Source: Candidatus Moranbacteria bacterium RIFOXYA12_FULL_35_19 (GTDB lineage Bacteria > Patescibacteriota > Minisyncoccia > Moranbacterales > UBA2206). From it: DNA of 52,706 bases. The DNA is taken from the NCBI GenBank assembly GCA_001784805.1, contig MFSE01000006.1, forward strand, positions 1-52,706. Direction: 5' to 3'. The first letter of the stretch is position 1. Each line of letters begins with the position of its first letter. This document shows positions 37,740 to 47,280 of the stretch, piece by piece. The position numbers and the translations under genes were made by a program. Below the pieces are notes generated by a model that did no database searches, was not told the DNA's origin, and saw only the letters and a list, made by a program, of their open reading frames with translations.

Positions 37740-38015
37740 TTATTCTTCAATTTTCAAAGCTTTGCCTTTGACAATTGAATTGGCGATTTTAATTCTAGCA
37801 GAAGTCAAAATTCTTTGAAAGGTGCTTTGTGATGTTTTCATTTTTTCTGAAGCCTCAATTTGTTCCAAGCCGTCATAATCTTTGAGTTTTATCGCTTCCA
37901 TTTCTTCCTTAGTTAAAATCACTTCTTCCAATTGATACATTGGAATTCCTTGGGGTTTGAAATAATTGGCTTTGGGTTTGAAACGCAGATGCCGGCAAAG
38001 TTTTGGTCTAGTCAT
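37740..38015 (-). CDS. DUF134 HTH DNA-binding protein
   Basis: M.RPK.CR..YFKP.GIP..EEMEAIKLKD..M..SQSTFQRIL.SAR.KIA. Confidence 0.87.
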   Translation of the reverse strand: MTRPKLCRHLRFKPKANYFKPQGIPMYQLEEVILTKEEMEAIKLKDYDGLEQIEASEKMKTSQSTFQRILTSARIKIANSIVKGKALKIEE

Positions 38016-38026
38016 ATATTTTAAAA

Positions 38027-39076
38027 TTATTTTCTTTCTAAATTAACCTCGCAATGAGGACATTTTATATTTGAACAGGGAATACCTCTCTGATGAGAAA
38101 TAACATATCCACATTTTGGACAAACACACTTTCCATCTGGTCCTTGCCCATCAGCTGTTTCAAATTTTTCCTTAAATTTTCCTCTTCTTTGCCAGCCAAA
38201 ACTTTTTCCAAAAGCTGGTTGGTAAAAACTATTTTCTAATTCGTGACTTTTTATTTGAATAGCGATATAGGTAATATTTTCAATTTCTTGAGATATTTTT
38301 TTTCGCAAATTTTCCGATATTTTAGTCGCTTCATCTACTTTTAAATCTTTTGACAAAATAATTTCTATGTTAGCGGTAATCACTGAACCTTTCTTTTGAG
38401 TTTTAAGCGAATGAATTTCGACATTTTCTTTTTTGGCAATTAATTTTATTTTACTTTCAACTTCTTCTCCAGCGGAAACATCTAGTAAAGAATCAACCGC
38501 TTCTTTTCCAAGAGTAAAAGATTCTTTGATTATGTATAAACCAATTAAAAAAGCTAATATAGAATCGGCATAAATCCAATATTTTGACAAAAATAACCCC
38601 ACTAAAACAGTAGCTGATGCCAATACATCCGCCTTATCGTGTGATCCATCGGCCAAAAGAGTGAGGGAATTTTCTTTTTTCCCATAATAAATTTTTATTT
38701 TAGAAGTAACAAAATTTATCCCAACTGACAAAAGCATAATAAAAAAAGCTAAATAGCTAAGTTTTAATTTTTCCGGTTCCAAAAAATTTTTATAAGCATC
38801 ATAAATAACTCCTGCGCCGGTTATAAAAAGAATGATGGTTATTATTACTCCACCTAGAACTTCCAATTTATAATGACCATAAGGATGTTTTTGATCAACC
38901 GGTTTTTGAGAAGTTTTGATGCCAAAATATCCAATCAGGGAAGAAAAAATATCAGTGAGTGAGTGAAATCCTTCCGCTAAAATAGCGGAAGAATGTGAAA
39001 CATAACCGATGAAAATTTTTCCCCCAGCTAAAAAAGCATTGGCTAAAATTGAAATAATGGCAATTTTTTCTTTCAT
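38027..39076 (-). CDS. Cation diffusion facilitator (FieF-like) with Cys-rich C-terminal tail
   Basis: AEGFHSLTD, HPYGH, H..AD; tail CVCPKCG..PC..CPHC. Confidence 0.88.
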   Translation of the reverse strand: MKEKIAIISILANAFLAGGKIFIGYVSHSSAILAEGFHSLTDIFSSLIGYFGIKTSQKPVDQKHPYGHYKLEVLGGVIITIILFITGAGVIYDAYKNFLEPEKLKLSYLAFFIMLLSVGINFVTSKIKIYYGKKENSLTLLADGSHDKADVLASATVLVGLFLSKYWIYADSILAFLIGLYIIKESFTLGKEAVDSLLDVSAGEEVESKIKLIAKKENVEIHSLKTQKKGSVITANIEIILSKDLKVDEATKISENLRKKISQEIENITYIAIQIKSHELENSFYQPAFGKSFGWQRRGKFKEKFETADGQGPDGKCVCPKCGYVISHQRGIPCSNIKCPHCEVNLERK

Positions 39077-39159
39077 TTTTATATATCTAAAAATAAATTA
39101 TCAGAACTTGCACGCCTAATAAATATCAGCCGTGCAAATTTAAGTCTGTATACTAGATA

Positions 39160-39420
39160 TTATTTTTTATTTTCCATTGCGCTCAACTCTTCTTCGATTG
39201 TTTTTTTCTCATCTTCCAAATCTTTGATTTCTTGTTTTAGTATTTCTTTTCTTTCGCTTTCCGGCATACTTTGATATTTTTTCCAAAACCAGCCACACAT
39301 CATCCGCCCATAACCCCGACCTAAACCAAGCCCAGAGCCATGACCAGCGCCACAAGATCCCATTCCTCTACCAGTTTTTGGTCCAACGCCTCGCGGACCA
39401 GTTTTATCCATATTTGGCAT
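39160..39420 (-). CDS. DUF5320-like Gly-rich protein
   Basis: MP.MD.TGP.G.GP.TGRGMG.C then coiled coil; SD GAGGTG. Confidence 0.78.
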   Translation of the reverse strand: MPNMDKTGPRGVGPKTGRGMGSCGAGHGSGLGLGRGYGRMMCGWFWKKYQSMPESERKEILKQEIKDLEDEKKTIEEELSAMENKK

Positions 39421-39527
39421 AATTATCACCTCTCTTTCTAGTTTATTATAACTTGAATATATATTATGAATATATACCCATTATATAATACTGTCAAGAA
39501 AGAAAATTATTTCAAGATTATTTTTAA

Positions 39528-39923
39528 TTACTTATTTAAATATGTAATAGTAAGTTGCAAAACTGTGGCAAAAGAAACCCAAAGAAGATATGGAATTTGA
39601 ATATAAGTTATCCAGCGCGAATAAGGATAAATTGCCGTCATCGCCCAAATAAGCGTTCCAAGCACCAACAAAATATCCACGGCTGCCAGAAGATTATTTT
39701 TCAAACCAAATTGAATGGGAGTAAAAGAAAAATTGAAAATAAGATTGAGAACAAAAGGCAGGACTACTAAAAATGGGATTTGTTTTTTGAAATACATCCA
39801 AAAAACCTTGCCAAAAGAAATTGCGATGAGCGCGTAGAGAAATGTCCAAACCGGTCCAAAAACCCAAGCCGGCGGAGACCAAGTTGGTTTGATGAGTTGT
39901 GAGTACCAATTATAGTTTTGCAT
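39528..39923 (-). CDS. tspO: TspO/MBR family protein (short, first TM absent)
   Basis: WYSQLIKPTWSPPAWVFGPVWT..PYLLWVSFAT. Confidence 0.9.
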   Translation of the reverse strand: MQNYNWYSQLIKPTWSPPAWVFGPVWTFLYALIAISFGKVFWMYFKKQIPFLVVLPFVLNLIFNFSFTPIQFGLKNNLLAAVDILLVLGTLIWAMTAIYPYSRWITYIQIPYLLWVSFATVLQLTITYLNK

Positions 39924-39933
39924 ATTTTTTACC

Positions 39934-40173
39934 CTAATGAATTAATTCTAATTTTTGCGCTCTTTTTAGTTTTTTAACTCTCGCTTCTTCCTTGGAAGCC
40001 GATGATCTATTTTTGAATTTTTTACAATAAACTAATTTCACCGGCCGACGCGAAGCGGTATATTTCGCACCAAGTTTAGCACTATTATGCTCCGCTACTC
40101 TTCTTTCTAAATTTGTCGTGATTCCGGTATAAAAAGTTTTATCCGCACATTTTAGGATGTAAATATAATACAT
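39934..40173 (-). CDS. Stand-alone GIY-YIG nuclease (UPF0213/YhbQ-like)
   Basis: YIYILKCAD.TFYTGIT..RRVAEHN..GAKYT..RRPV. Confidence 0.9.
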   Translation of the reverse strand: MYYIYILKCADKTFYTGITTNLERRVAEHNSAKLGAKYTASRRPVKLVYCKKFKNRSSASKEEARVKKLKRAQKLELIH

Positions 40174-40199
40174 AAAGGCTAATTTATTTTTAACATCAT

Positions 40200-40913
40200 C
40201 TAAAAAGAAGCGCCTCCTCCAAAGTAAATATCTTTTATTTTTTTATTTTTCAAAATATCTTTGCCTCCTTCCACCGCAATTGTACCATTTTCTAGAATGT
40301 AAGTCCTGTCAGCTATTTCAACCGCCTGTTTGGCATTTTGTTCAACCATCAAAACAGAGATTCCTTCATTTTTGATTTCCACTATCTTCTCAAAAACTTC
40401 TTTCATTGTCTTTGGATCTAGCCCAAGAGATGGCTCGTCTAAAAGAAGAATTTGGGGATTTTGAATCAAAGCACGGGCAATTGCCAAAAGTTGTTGTTGA
40501 CCGCCGGATAAATTTCCCGCCAGAGCATTTTGCTTTTTTTCAAGAATTGTAAATTTTTTGAAAATATTTTCTATGCTTCTTTTGACAATATCTTGATCGT
40601 TGATTGTAAACGCGCCCATTTCTAAATTTTCCAAAACCGTCATGTTGGAAAAAACTTGCCGGCCTTGCGGAACAAAACTAATTCCCAAAGAAATCAATTC
40701 GTGTGTTTTCAAGTCAGTGATATCAATATCTTTGAAAATAATTTTCCCACTATAAACATCCGCCAAACTAAAAATACTTTTCAGCGCCGTTGATTTGCCG
40801 GCGCCATTAGGACCGATTAGAACAACAATCTCCTTCGGATTAATTTCTAAATAAACCCCGTGTAAAATTTTCGTTTTATTATAACCAGAATTAAGATTGA
40901 CTATTTTTAACAT
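40200..40913 (-). CDS. livF: Branched-chain amino acid ABC ATPase
   Basis: GPNGAGKST, VPQGRQVF, LSGGQQQ, LDEPSLGL, VEQNA. Confidence 0.92.
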   Translation of the reverse strand: MLKIVNLNSGYNKTKILHGVYLEINPKEIVVLIGPNGAGKSTALKSIFSLADVYSGKIIFKDIDITDLKTHELISLGISFVPQGRQVFSNMTVLENLEMGAFTINDQDIVKRSIENIFKKFTILEKKQNALAGNLSGGQQQLLAIARALIQNPQILLLDEPSLGLDPKTMKEVFEKIVEIKNEGISVLMVEQNAKQAVEIADRTYILENGTIAVEGGKDILKNKKIKDIYFGGGASF

Positions 40914-40932
40914 AAAATTTATCCTTATCGCA

Positions 40933-40956
40933 ACGCCCGCAAAAGCGGGCGTTTTT
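40933..40956. terminator. GC hairpin after substrate-binding gene 2
   Basis: aacgcccgc-aaaa-gcgggcgtt. Confidence 0.6.
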
Positions 40957-40981
40957 CATTTAAAAAATTTTCTCGCTATTA

Positions 40982-42115
40982 TTACTTTACTTTTGTGAGT
41001 TGACCATTTTTAATAGTTTTAATGATAAGTGATTTTACGGCATCGCCGTTTACATCGAAAGTAGTTGATCCAGAAACTCCAGAATAATTTTTTATTTGAT
41101 AAAGATACTCTTTCACGCAAATCGAATCTCCATTTTTACATTTTTCGCTAATAATATTTGCTAATATCATTAAATTATCATAGGATTGAGCTGCAAATAC
41201 CGTTGGATTTTTTCCAAATCTTTCAGTATATAGATTCCAAAATTCTAAATTTGTTTCTTGATCAAAGTCAGAACTAACAAAAAATATTTCTTCTGACATA
41301 TTGCCAATAGCGTCTAAAAAATTCTTATCTATGACTGTTGCATCATCAGCAATTATTTGAGCAGTCATATTTAATTCTTTCATCTGTTTTACTATTAAGG
41401 CAGAAATTGGCATTAAAGTTCCAATATAAATAGCTGACGGTTTACTTGCTTTTATTTTTATTAATTCTGTCTTAAAATCAGTCGCAGTTCCCAAAACGCC
41501 TTGTCTTTCTAAAACTATTTTGTTTTTTTCTTGAATTTTTTCTACCAAACTTTTTTCAGTTAGCACAAATGCATCATTAGACTTATCATAAATAGTTGCA
41601 ATACTATCAAATTTATTAGCTGCAAATTCTCCTAGTTTTATTCCTCTTTGACTAGAAAAAACATGGTTTCTAAAGATATAATCTCCTGCTTGACTGATAG
41701 TTTCAGCACTAGATGCAGGAGTGATGAGAATAACTTTATCCTGTTCGGCCAAAGGAGCAATTGCTAAAGTACTTGGCGAACAAAAAGCGCCAATAATAAC
41801 ATTTACACCTTTTAATCGCAAGCTTCGGTATGCCGTTATCGCTGTTTGAGGATCACACATTTCGTCTTCATAAATTAACTCGACTTGTTTATTTACATCT
41901 TCTTTTTCCAATACTAAACTAAGTGCGTTTTTTGCATCTTCTCCAAAAATTGCAGCCTTACCAGTTAACGGTGCAAGTACTCCAATTTTTATCGGAGTTT
42001 TTTCTATAAAAACTTGATTTTTTACAGTAGCTTGATTTTTAGAAACTCCATACCAAATTCCTATGGCTACGATGACGACAATTATGCCAATAATAATTTT
42101 GGATGTTTTGTTCAT
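40982..42115 (-). CDS. LivJ/LivK-like substrate-binding protein 2, membrane anchored
   Basis: N-terminal TM; IKIGVLAPLTG..YEDE.CDP..AAQSYD..GVSG. Confidence 0.88.
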   Translation of the reverse strand: MNKTSKIIIGIIVVIVAIGIWYGVSKNQATVKNQVFIEKTPIKIGVLAPLTGKAAIFGEDAKNALSLVLEKEDVNKQVELIYEDEMCDPQTAITAYRSLRLKGVNVIIGAFCSPSTLAIAPLAEQDKVILITPASSAETISQAGDYIFRNHVFSSQRGIKLGEFAANKFDSIATIYDKSNDAFVLTEKSLVEKIQEKNKIVLERQGVLGTATDFKTELIKIKASKPSAIYIGTLMPISALIVKQMKELNMTAQIIADDATVIDKNFLDAIGNMSEEIFFVSSDFDQETNLEFWNLYTERFGKNPTVFAAQSYDNLMILANIISEKCKNGDSICVKEYLYQIKNYSGVSGSTTFDVNGDAVKSLIIKTIKNGQLTKVK

Positions 42116-42167
42116 AAATTTCTCTTTAAAAATTAAATGTTTATTTTTTATTAAAACTTTTGATTAT

Positions 42168-42196
42168 ATTTTACCCCCCCCCTAGAAAAAAGTCAA
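42168..42196 (-). promoter_or_regulatory. Sigma70-like promoter with G9 tract in spacer
   Basis: TTGACT-17 nt-TAAAAT on minus strand; C9 run at 42174-42182. Confidence 0.6.
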
Positions 42197-42231
42197 ACGA
42201 CGCAAAAGCTATCCACTGTCTGATTTGAAAT

Positions 42232-42642
42232 TTATATTTTTTCAATATTTTCCAAAAATTCATCTATATCATCAAGGCCATTTCGCAAGATATTTTCCAA
42301 TACCGCGTAATCAACTTTCTCATAATCATGTGCCATAATATTTCGAAATCCTGTCATCGCAACCATTTTTCCAGTAATGCCATCAGAAATTATCCCATTC
42401 TCATTAAGAATATGAAAAAATTCACTCATTGTAGTTGGCTTGCGAAAATTTTTATAGGAAACAATCGCGTCTGCTAAATCAATCGTGGCTTGCACAGCTA
42501 AATATAAATATCTTTCCAGCGCTCCTTTTTTATCCACATCCGCCAAAATTTCCGGAAATGGAATATTTTTATACCGCTCTAAAATCTTAAGGTATTTGCG
42601 AACGGCACTTATTTTATTTTCAATCACGGTTATCGTTGTCAT
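42232..42642 (-). CDS. hepT: HEPN (DUF86) RNase toxin
   Basis: RNIMAHDY = RX4HXY motif; follows the MNT gene. Confidence 0.88.
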   Translation of the reverse strand: MTTITVIENKISAVRKYLKILERYKNIPFPEILADVDKKGALERYLYLAVQATIDLADAIVSYKNFRKPTTMSEFFHILNENGIISDGITGKMVAMTGFRNIMAHDYEKVDYAVLENILRNGLDDIDEFLENIEKI

Positions 42643-42645
42643 AAA

Positions 42646-43038
42646 CTAGGCTTTAGTTAAATTATATTTTCGAAGCATCGTAAGAAAATCAAAATATTCC
42701 TGCAAAATATGTGGCTCAACCAAAATTTTATATGGCTCTTTCTTGCAAATAAGTTGGCCGTCTCTTATAATTTCATATTTTATTTCTGGCGACTCGATGG
42801 TATTTAAAATCACTAAATCAACTTTTTCTGTCTTAAGCACACGGGAAAGTTCGTCCATTAAGCGAAATTTTATATCAAACATTTTTTGTTTGTCTTTTTC
42901 GTCTAAATAAACAGCAAAATCATAATCACTCATCGGTCCCGCTTCTCCCCGCGCCCGAGAACCGAAAAAATACGCCAGTTTAACTGCCTGAAAACGCTCA
43001 AAAATCTCTCTTATTTTCTCTTCCAATTCTTTTTTCAT
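42646..43038 (-). CDS. mntA: Minimal nucleotidyltransferase antitoxin
   Basis: FGSRARGEAGPMSDYD = GSX10DXD; KVDLVILN. Confidence 0.88.
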   Translation of the reverse strand: MKKELEEKIREIFERFQAVKLAYFFGSRARGEAGPMSDYDFAVYLDEKDKQKMFDIKFRLMDELSRVLKTEKVDLVILNTIESPEIKYEIIRDGQLICKKEPYKILVEPHILQEYFDFLTMLRKYNLTKA

Positions 43039-43085
43039 ATACTAAATTTAACATAAAAAATATAATTCGGCAAATACAAAAAAAT

Positions 43086-43331
43086 TTAGTTTCCCAAATA
43101 CGCTTCTAAAACTAGCTTGTGTGTTTTCAAGTCAGTGATATCAATATCTTTGAAAATAATTTTCCCACTATAAACATCCGCCAAACTAAAAATACTTTTC
43201 AGCACCGTTGATTTTCCAGCGCCATTAGGACCGATCAGGACAACAATCTCACCCGCCTCCACATTTAAATCTAGCTGATGTAAAATTTCAGTATTATCAT
43301 AGCCAGCTTTTAAATTAGTTATCCTTAACAT
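43086..43331 (-). pseudogene. Chimeric livF 5' fragment fused to the livG 3' end
   Basis: About 85 nt identical to livF (from 40701), joined to KLVLEAYLGN* matching the livG end; no signature or Walker B motif. Confidence 0.85.
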
Positions 43332-43352
43332 ACTATTATTTTACCACTAAAA

Positions 43353-43385
43353 AACCAAAACGCCCAGAGATTGGGCGTTTTGGTA
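43353..43385. terminator. Hairpin after substrate-binding gene 1
   Basis: accaaaacgccca-gagat-tgggcgttttggt. Confidence 0.65.
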
Positions 43386-43416
43386 ATTTGTTCTAGGTAT
43401 TCTTAATCTTCTGTTT

Positions 43417-44475
43417 TTAGTGAACTTTAGTAAGATACATCGGTATAACTATATCATGATTTTTTATGTTCTTTGCAGTGCCAGTTACTCCAGTAACTTC
43501 CTTTTTATTATCCAAGCATCCTTTTATATCATTTTTATCACAACTTGCAATCAGATTTACCATATCATAACCAAACGCCGCTACAAAATTTGGTTCCTTA
43601 TTATACTTTGCTTTATATCTTTGTTTAAAAGATTCGCTGTTTCCTGGGATTGAAAATGCAAATTGGTTTGTATAGAAAGGAATATTTGGCGCCTTTGCTT
43701 GCGTTTCAGGATCGGATTGAACATTCGAAACTTCAATAATTGGAATGTTAAATTTCAATTCTTCCACTTTTTTTAAAATACCTAAAGACTCGCTTGGTGG
43801 AGTCGGAATAAACAACAACGCTTCGGGATTAGCTTGTTTAGCTTTTAGTAATATTGTTGAAAAATCAGCTTCGTTTGGAACATACGATTCAAAAAATACT
43901 ATTTCTTTGCCTTGCTCCGCACTCAACTGTTTTATTTTATTAGCAACAGATATAGCGTACTCGTCATTTCTATAAACAACCGCTAATTTTTTAACATTCT
44001 TTAGCGGAGAAATTTCAGACTCAAAAGAAGGCAATGCAAAATGATCCGCATCCGTATAATATCTATAAGCATATTCATTGGTAATATTATTCGCAGCACT
44101 TTGGGTTATAAGCATTACTTTTTTATCATCTTTGGCAAGGGAAGCAAGAGGAATACTTACGATACTTAAAGCAGATACAAAAATATCAGGATCTTTCAGC
44201 TTTAAATTTTGATATGCGGTTATTCCGTCTGCCGCGGTACCCTTACTATCTTCATAGATAACAGAAAGTTCTGGATGATCTTCAAACGCAAGATTCATTC
44301 CATTGCGAACACTTTCTCCCCATATTGCAGACGGTCCACTCAAAGCAAGTATTGCTCCAATCTTAATTGATTCATTATCCACAACTTGTTTCTGGTTTTT
44401 TTGGAAATACCAAGCAAAACCAATTATCAGGACCACAACAACTGTCCCGATAACAATTTTCATTGTTTTGTTCAT
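43417..44475 (-). CDS. LivJ/LivK-like substrate-binding protein 1, membrane anchored
   Basis: TM; IKIGAILALSG..YEDS..AAFGYD..GVTG. Confidence 0.85.
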   Translation of the reverse strand: MNKTMKIVIGTVVVVLIIGFAWYFQKNQKQVVDNESIKIGAILALSGPSAIWGESVRNGMNLAFEDHPELSVIYEDSKGTAADGITAYQNLKLKDPDIFVSALSIVSIPLASLAKDDKKVMLITQSAANNITNEYAYRYYTDADHFALPSFESEISPLKNVKKLAVVYRNDEYAISVANKIKQLSAEQGKEIVFFESYVPNEADFSTILLKAKQANPEALLFIPTPPSESLGILKKVEELKFNIPIIEVSNVQSDPETQAKAPNIPFYTNQFAFSIPGNSESFKQRYKAKYNKEPNFVAAFGYDMVNLIASCDKNDIKGCLDNKKEVTGVTGTAKNIKNHDIVIPMYLTKVH

Positions 44476-44505
44476 TTTTTTATTTAAAATTTTAATTACC
44501 CTTAT

Positions 44506-44533
44506 ATTTTATCAACCCCCAGAAAAAAGTCAA
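44506..44533 (-). promoter_or_regulatory. Sigma70-like promoter, paralog of 42168-42196
   Basis: TTGACT-16 nt-TAAAAT; shares AGAAAAAAGTCAAACGACGCAAAA with the other copy. Confidence 0.55.
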
Positions 44534-44603
44534 ACGACGCAAAAAATAAAAAAGACTACAGGGAAAGCCATAGCCAATAAGTCGAATTAAATTCAAATAG
44601 ATT

Positions 44604-45653
44604 TTATTTTGAGCCTTTTTTCTTTTTCAATTCCAAAAACTTTTTAACTTCACGGTCAAAATCAGATTCAAAAAGACCATCCTGAATCGGCCGATATTTT
44701 TCAAATTCGCTTTCAGCAAAGGACTTAGCTATTTCGGCTGTAATTTTTCCTGAATTTTCCAATATTTTTTCATTATTATATTTCAAAAAAGCATTCAGTT
44801 TTTCCGACCAATCTTTCATTGTCATAGGGACACCTTTTTCCGCTTGATGCTCCGCATAGTCTAAATACATCGTCACAATTCTGTTTAAAAATTTTATTTC
44901 TTTTTTATCCAAATAATTTTTGGCAATAACGACATCGGATTTTAAAATTTTTCCATCCGGAGATTTTTTCCAAGTCATAAGCCCCATATGATCTTTCTTG
45001 TGATCGGCCCGATTAACTATCAATTCCGCAGCGGTATGACCATGCGTAGCAAAGTGAAGTTTATTTTGTACGGTAGCAAAAAAATCTTTAGTTGTTGGAG
45101 AATTTATGTCATAATCCATAGCACTGGCATAGATGTCAGTAATTTGCTGATAGAAATTTCTTTCGCTTTCTCGAATATCACGAATTTCGAGAATTAAATC
45201 CTTGAAATATTGTTTACTCAAATATGCTCCGTTTTTTAATCGAACATCATCCAACACATAGCCACGAGTAGCAAAGTTTTTCAAAACCTGCGTGGCCCAT
45301 TTCCGAAAATTAGTTGCTCTTTCGGAATTAACCCTAAATCCGATTGCAATAATTCCCTCTAAACTGTAATGCTCAATTTCTCTGGCAATCTGCCTTTTTC
45401 CTTCATTTTGAACTATTCGAAATTTTCGAATAGTTGCCTCAAAATTTAATTCACCCGACTGAAAAATATCCTTTATATGATAATTTATTGTGTTAATCTC
45501 CACTCCAAAAAGCTTAGCAATGAGTTTTTGCGTCAGCCAAACATTTTCATCTTCCACTCTTACTTCAATACCACCTTCGCCTGCTTGAGAAGTAAAAACC
45601 AAAAATTCCGCAGTTGAATTTCGAATGATAAGTTTTTTATTGTCTTTTTTCAT
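44604..45653 (-). CDS. RhuM-family protein
   Basis: VWLTQKLIAKLF, IIAIGFRVNSERATNFRKWA, EIRDIRESERNFYQQITDIY, FFATVQNKLH. Confidence 0.9.
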   Translation of the reverse strand: MKKDNKKLIIRNSTAEFLVFTSQAGEGGIEVRVEDENVWLTQKLIAKLFGVEINTINYHIKDIFQSGELNFEATIRKFRIVQNEGKRQIAREIEHYSLEGIIAIGFRVNSERATNFRKWATQVLKNFATRGYVLDDVRLKNGAYLSKQYFKDLILEIRDIRESERNFYQQITDIYASAMDYDINSPTTKDFFATVQNKLHFATHGHTAAELIVNRADHKKDHMGLMTWKKSPDGKILKSDVVIAKNYLDKKEIKFLNRIVTMYLDYAEHQAEKGVPMTMKDWSEKLNAFLKYNNEKILENSGKITAEIAKSFAESEFEKYRPIQDGLFESDFDREVKKFLELKKKKGSK

Positions 45654-45662
45654 AAAAATAAA

Positions 45663-46400
45663 TCAATTTCCCAAATACGCTTCCAGAACTAGCTTGTTAT
45701 TCTTAATCTCATTTGGCTTGCCAACGGCAATCACTTTGCCTGCATCCATCACTATTATATCATCAGCCAATCCTAGCGTGAAATTCATATCATGCTCAAT
45801 CAGCAAAATTGTTTCGCCATTTTTTTTCAATTTTAACAATAACTTTATAATGTCTTGGCGAATTTTCGGATTCACTCCTGCCACCGGCTCGTCTAACATC
45901 AAAAGTTGATGTGGATTCAAAATAGTTCTTGCCAATTCAACTAGTCTTTTTTGTCCAAAACTCAAATCACTGGCTGTCTTATTTTCTATTTCCGAAATGC
46001 CGAATTCTTTCAAAATTTCACTGACTTTTTCTTTTTTTTCTTTAGTCATTTTGTTTAACCCGAACATATTTTTCCATAATTTTGTATCTTCATTGTCAAT
46101 GGCTAAAAGTAAATTTTCTCTAACAGTAAGATTTTTGAATAATTTTGATTGTTGAAAAACGCGCGAGATTCCCAAGTTTGATATTTGCTCAACGGAAAAA
46201 TTTGTTATGTCTTTTTCATCAAAAAATATTTTTCCAGAATCCTGCTTTATAATTCCAGAGATAAGATTGAAAACTGTTGTTTTCCCCGAACCATTCGGAC
46301 CAATCAGGGCAGTAATTTCGCCTTTGGCAATTTCAAATGAGCAAGCATTTATCGCCTTCACTCCGCCAAATTTTTTTGATAAATTTTGTATTTTTAACAT
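45663..46400 (-). CDS. livG: Branched-chain amino acid ABC ATPase
   Basis: FGGVKA, GPNGSGKTT, LSFGQKR, LDEPVAG, V.EAYLG. Confidence 0.92.
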   Translation of the reverse strand: MLKIQNLSKKFGGVKAINACSFEIAKGEITALIGPNGSGKTTVFNLISGIIKQDSGKIFFDEKDITNFSVEQISNLGISRVFQQSKLFKNLTVRENLLLAIDNEDTKLWKNMFGLNKMTKEKKEKVSEILKEFGISEIENKTASDLSFGQKRLVELARTILNPHQLLMLDEPVAGVNPKIRQDIIKLLLKLKKNGETILLIEHDMNFTLGLADDIIVMDAGKVIAVGKPNEIKNNKLVLEAYLGN

Positions 46401-46407
46401 AAAAAAA

Positions 46408-47280
46408 CTATTCCAAATTAATTTTTCCGAAAAATCCTCGCGGTTTGAAATAAATAATTAAAATTAAGGTCAGAGCATAAAAAATCTGTCTAGTTGGTCC
46501 TAAAATTTCCGATGGCAAACCGATAAAACGGAAAATTTCTGGTAAAAGTATTATAAACACAGTTGCCAAAAATGTTCCGGGTAAACTAGCTATTCCACCG
46601 ATAATAACCATCAGCAAAATCGGGATTAAATTTACAAAAGTAAAAGATGATGGATCGATAAAAGTAATATATGAGGCAAATAAGCTACCGGCCAGTCCGG
46701 CGAAAAATGCTGAAATCATTAGAGAAATATTTTTTAATTTAAAAGTATTTTTTCCCAAAGACCTAACAGCCAGTTCATCATCTCGCGTTGCTTCTAGTGT
46801 TCTGCCGAATAAAGATTTTGTAAGACGCCAAATAAAAAAATAGGAGACTAGGGCGATGATTGAAACTAAAATAAAAAAGGAAATATTGTCGGAAAAATCA
46901 AAACCAAAAATAATTGGTCGCGGGATTCCTGGTAGTCCCAACGGACCACGGGTAAGCTCGGTCCAGTTTAATAAAACCGCATAAATCACAAAACTAAAAC
47001 CAAGAGACATCAAAGCCAAATAGTCTCCCTTTAGCTTGTTAGTTGGGATTGATAAAAGATAGCCAAAAAAAGCGGACAGTCCGCCAGCTATTAGCAAGCA
47101 AAAAATGGAAGAAAAACCGCTAAGAGCTAAGATCGCATAAGCGTAAGCACCAATGCCAAAAAAAGCAATGTGTCCTAAATTTAAAAGTCCGCTATAGCCT
47201 AAAGACAACTGCAATGACACAGCTAAAATAAAATAAATTCCGATCAATATTAACAGATGTATAAAATATGCGTCTATCAT
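46408..47280 (-). CDS. livM: Branched-chain amino acid ABC permease
   Basis: GYSGLLNLGHIAFFGIGAY, LKGDYLAL. Confidence 0.92.
   Translation of the reverse strand: MIDAYFIHLLILIGIYFILAVSLQLSLGYSGLLNLGHIAFFGIGAYAYAILALSGFSSIFCLLIAGGLSAFFGYLLSIPTNKLKGDYLALMSLGFSFVIYAVLLNWTELTRGPLGLPGIPRPIIFGFDFSDNISFFILVSIIALVSYFFIWRLTKSLFGRTLEATRDDELAVRSLGKNTFKLKNISLMISAFFAGLAGSLFASYITFIDPSSFTFVNLIPILLMVIIGGIASLPGTFLATVFIILLPEIFRFIGLPSEILGPTRQIFYALTLILIIYFKPRGFFGKINLE

Noticed and set aside
39934-40173. GIY-YIG gene as an autonomous repeat-flanked element
   Set aside because: No palindromic repeats flank it here, so it may be an ordinary YhbQ-like gene.
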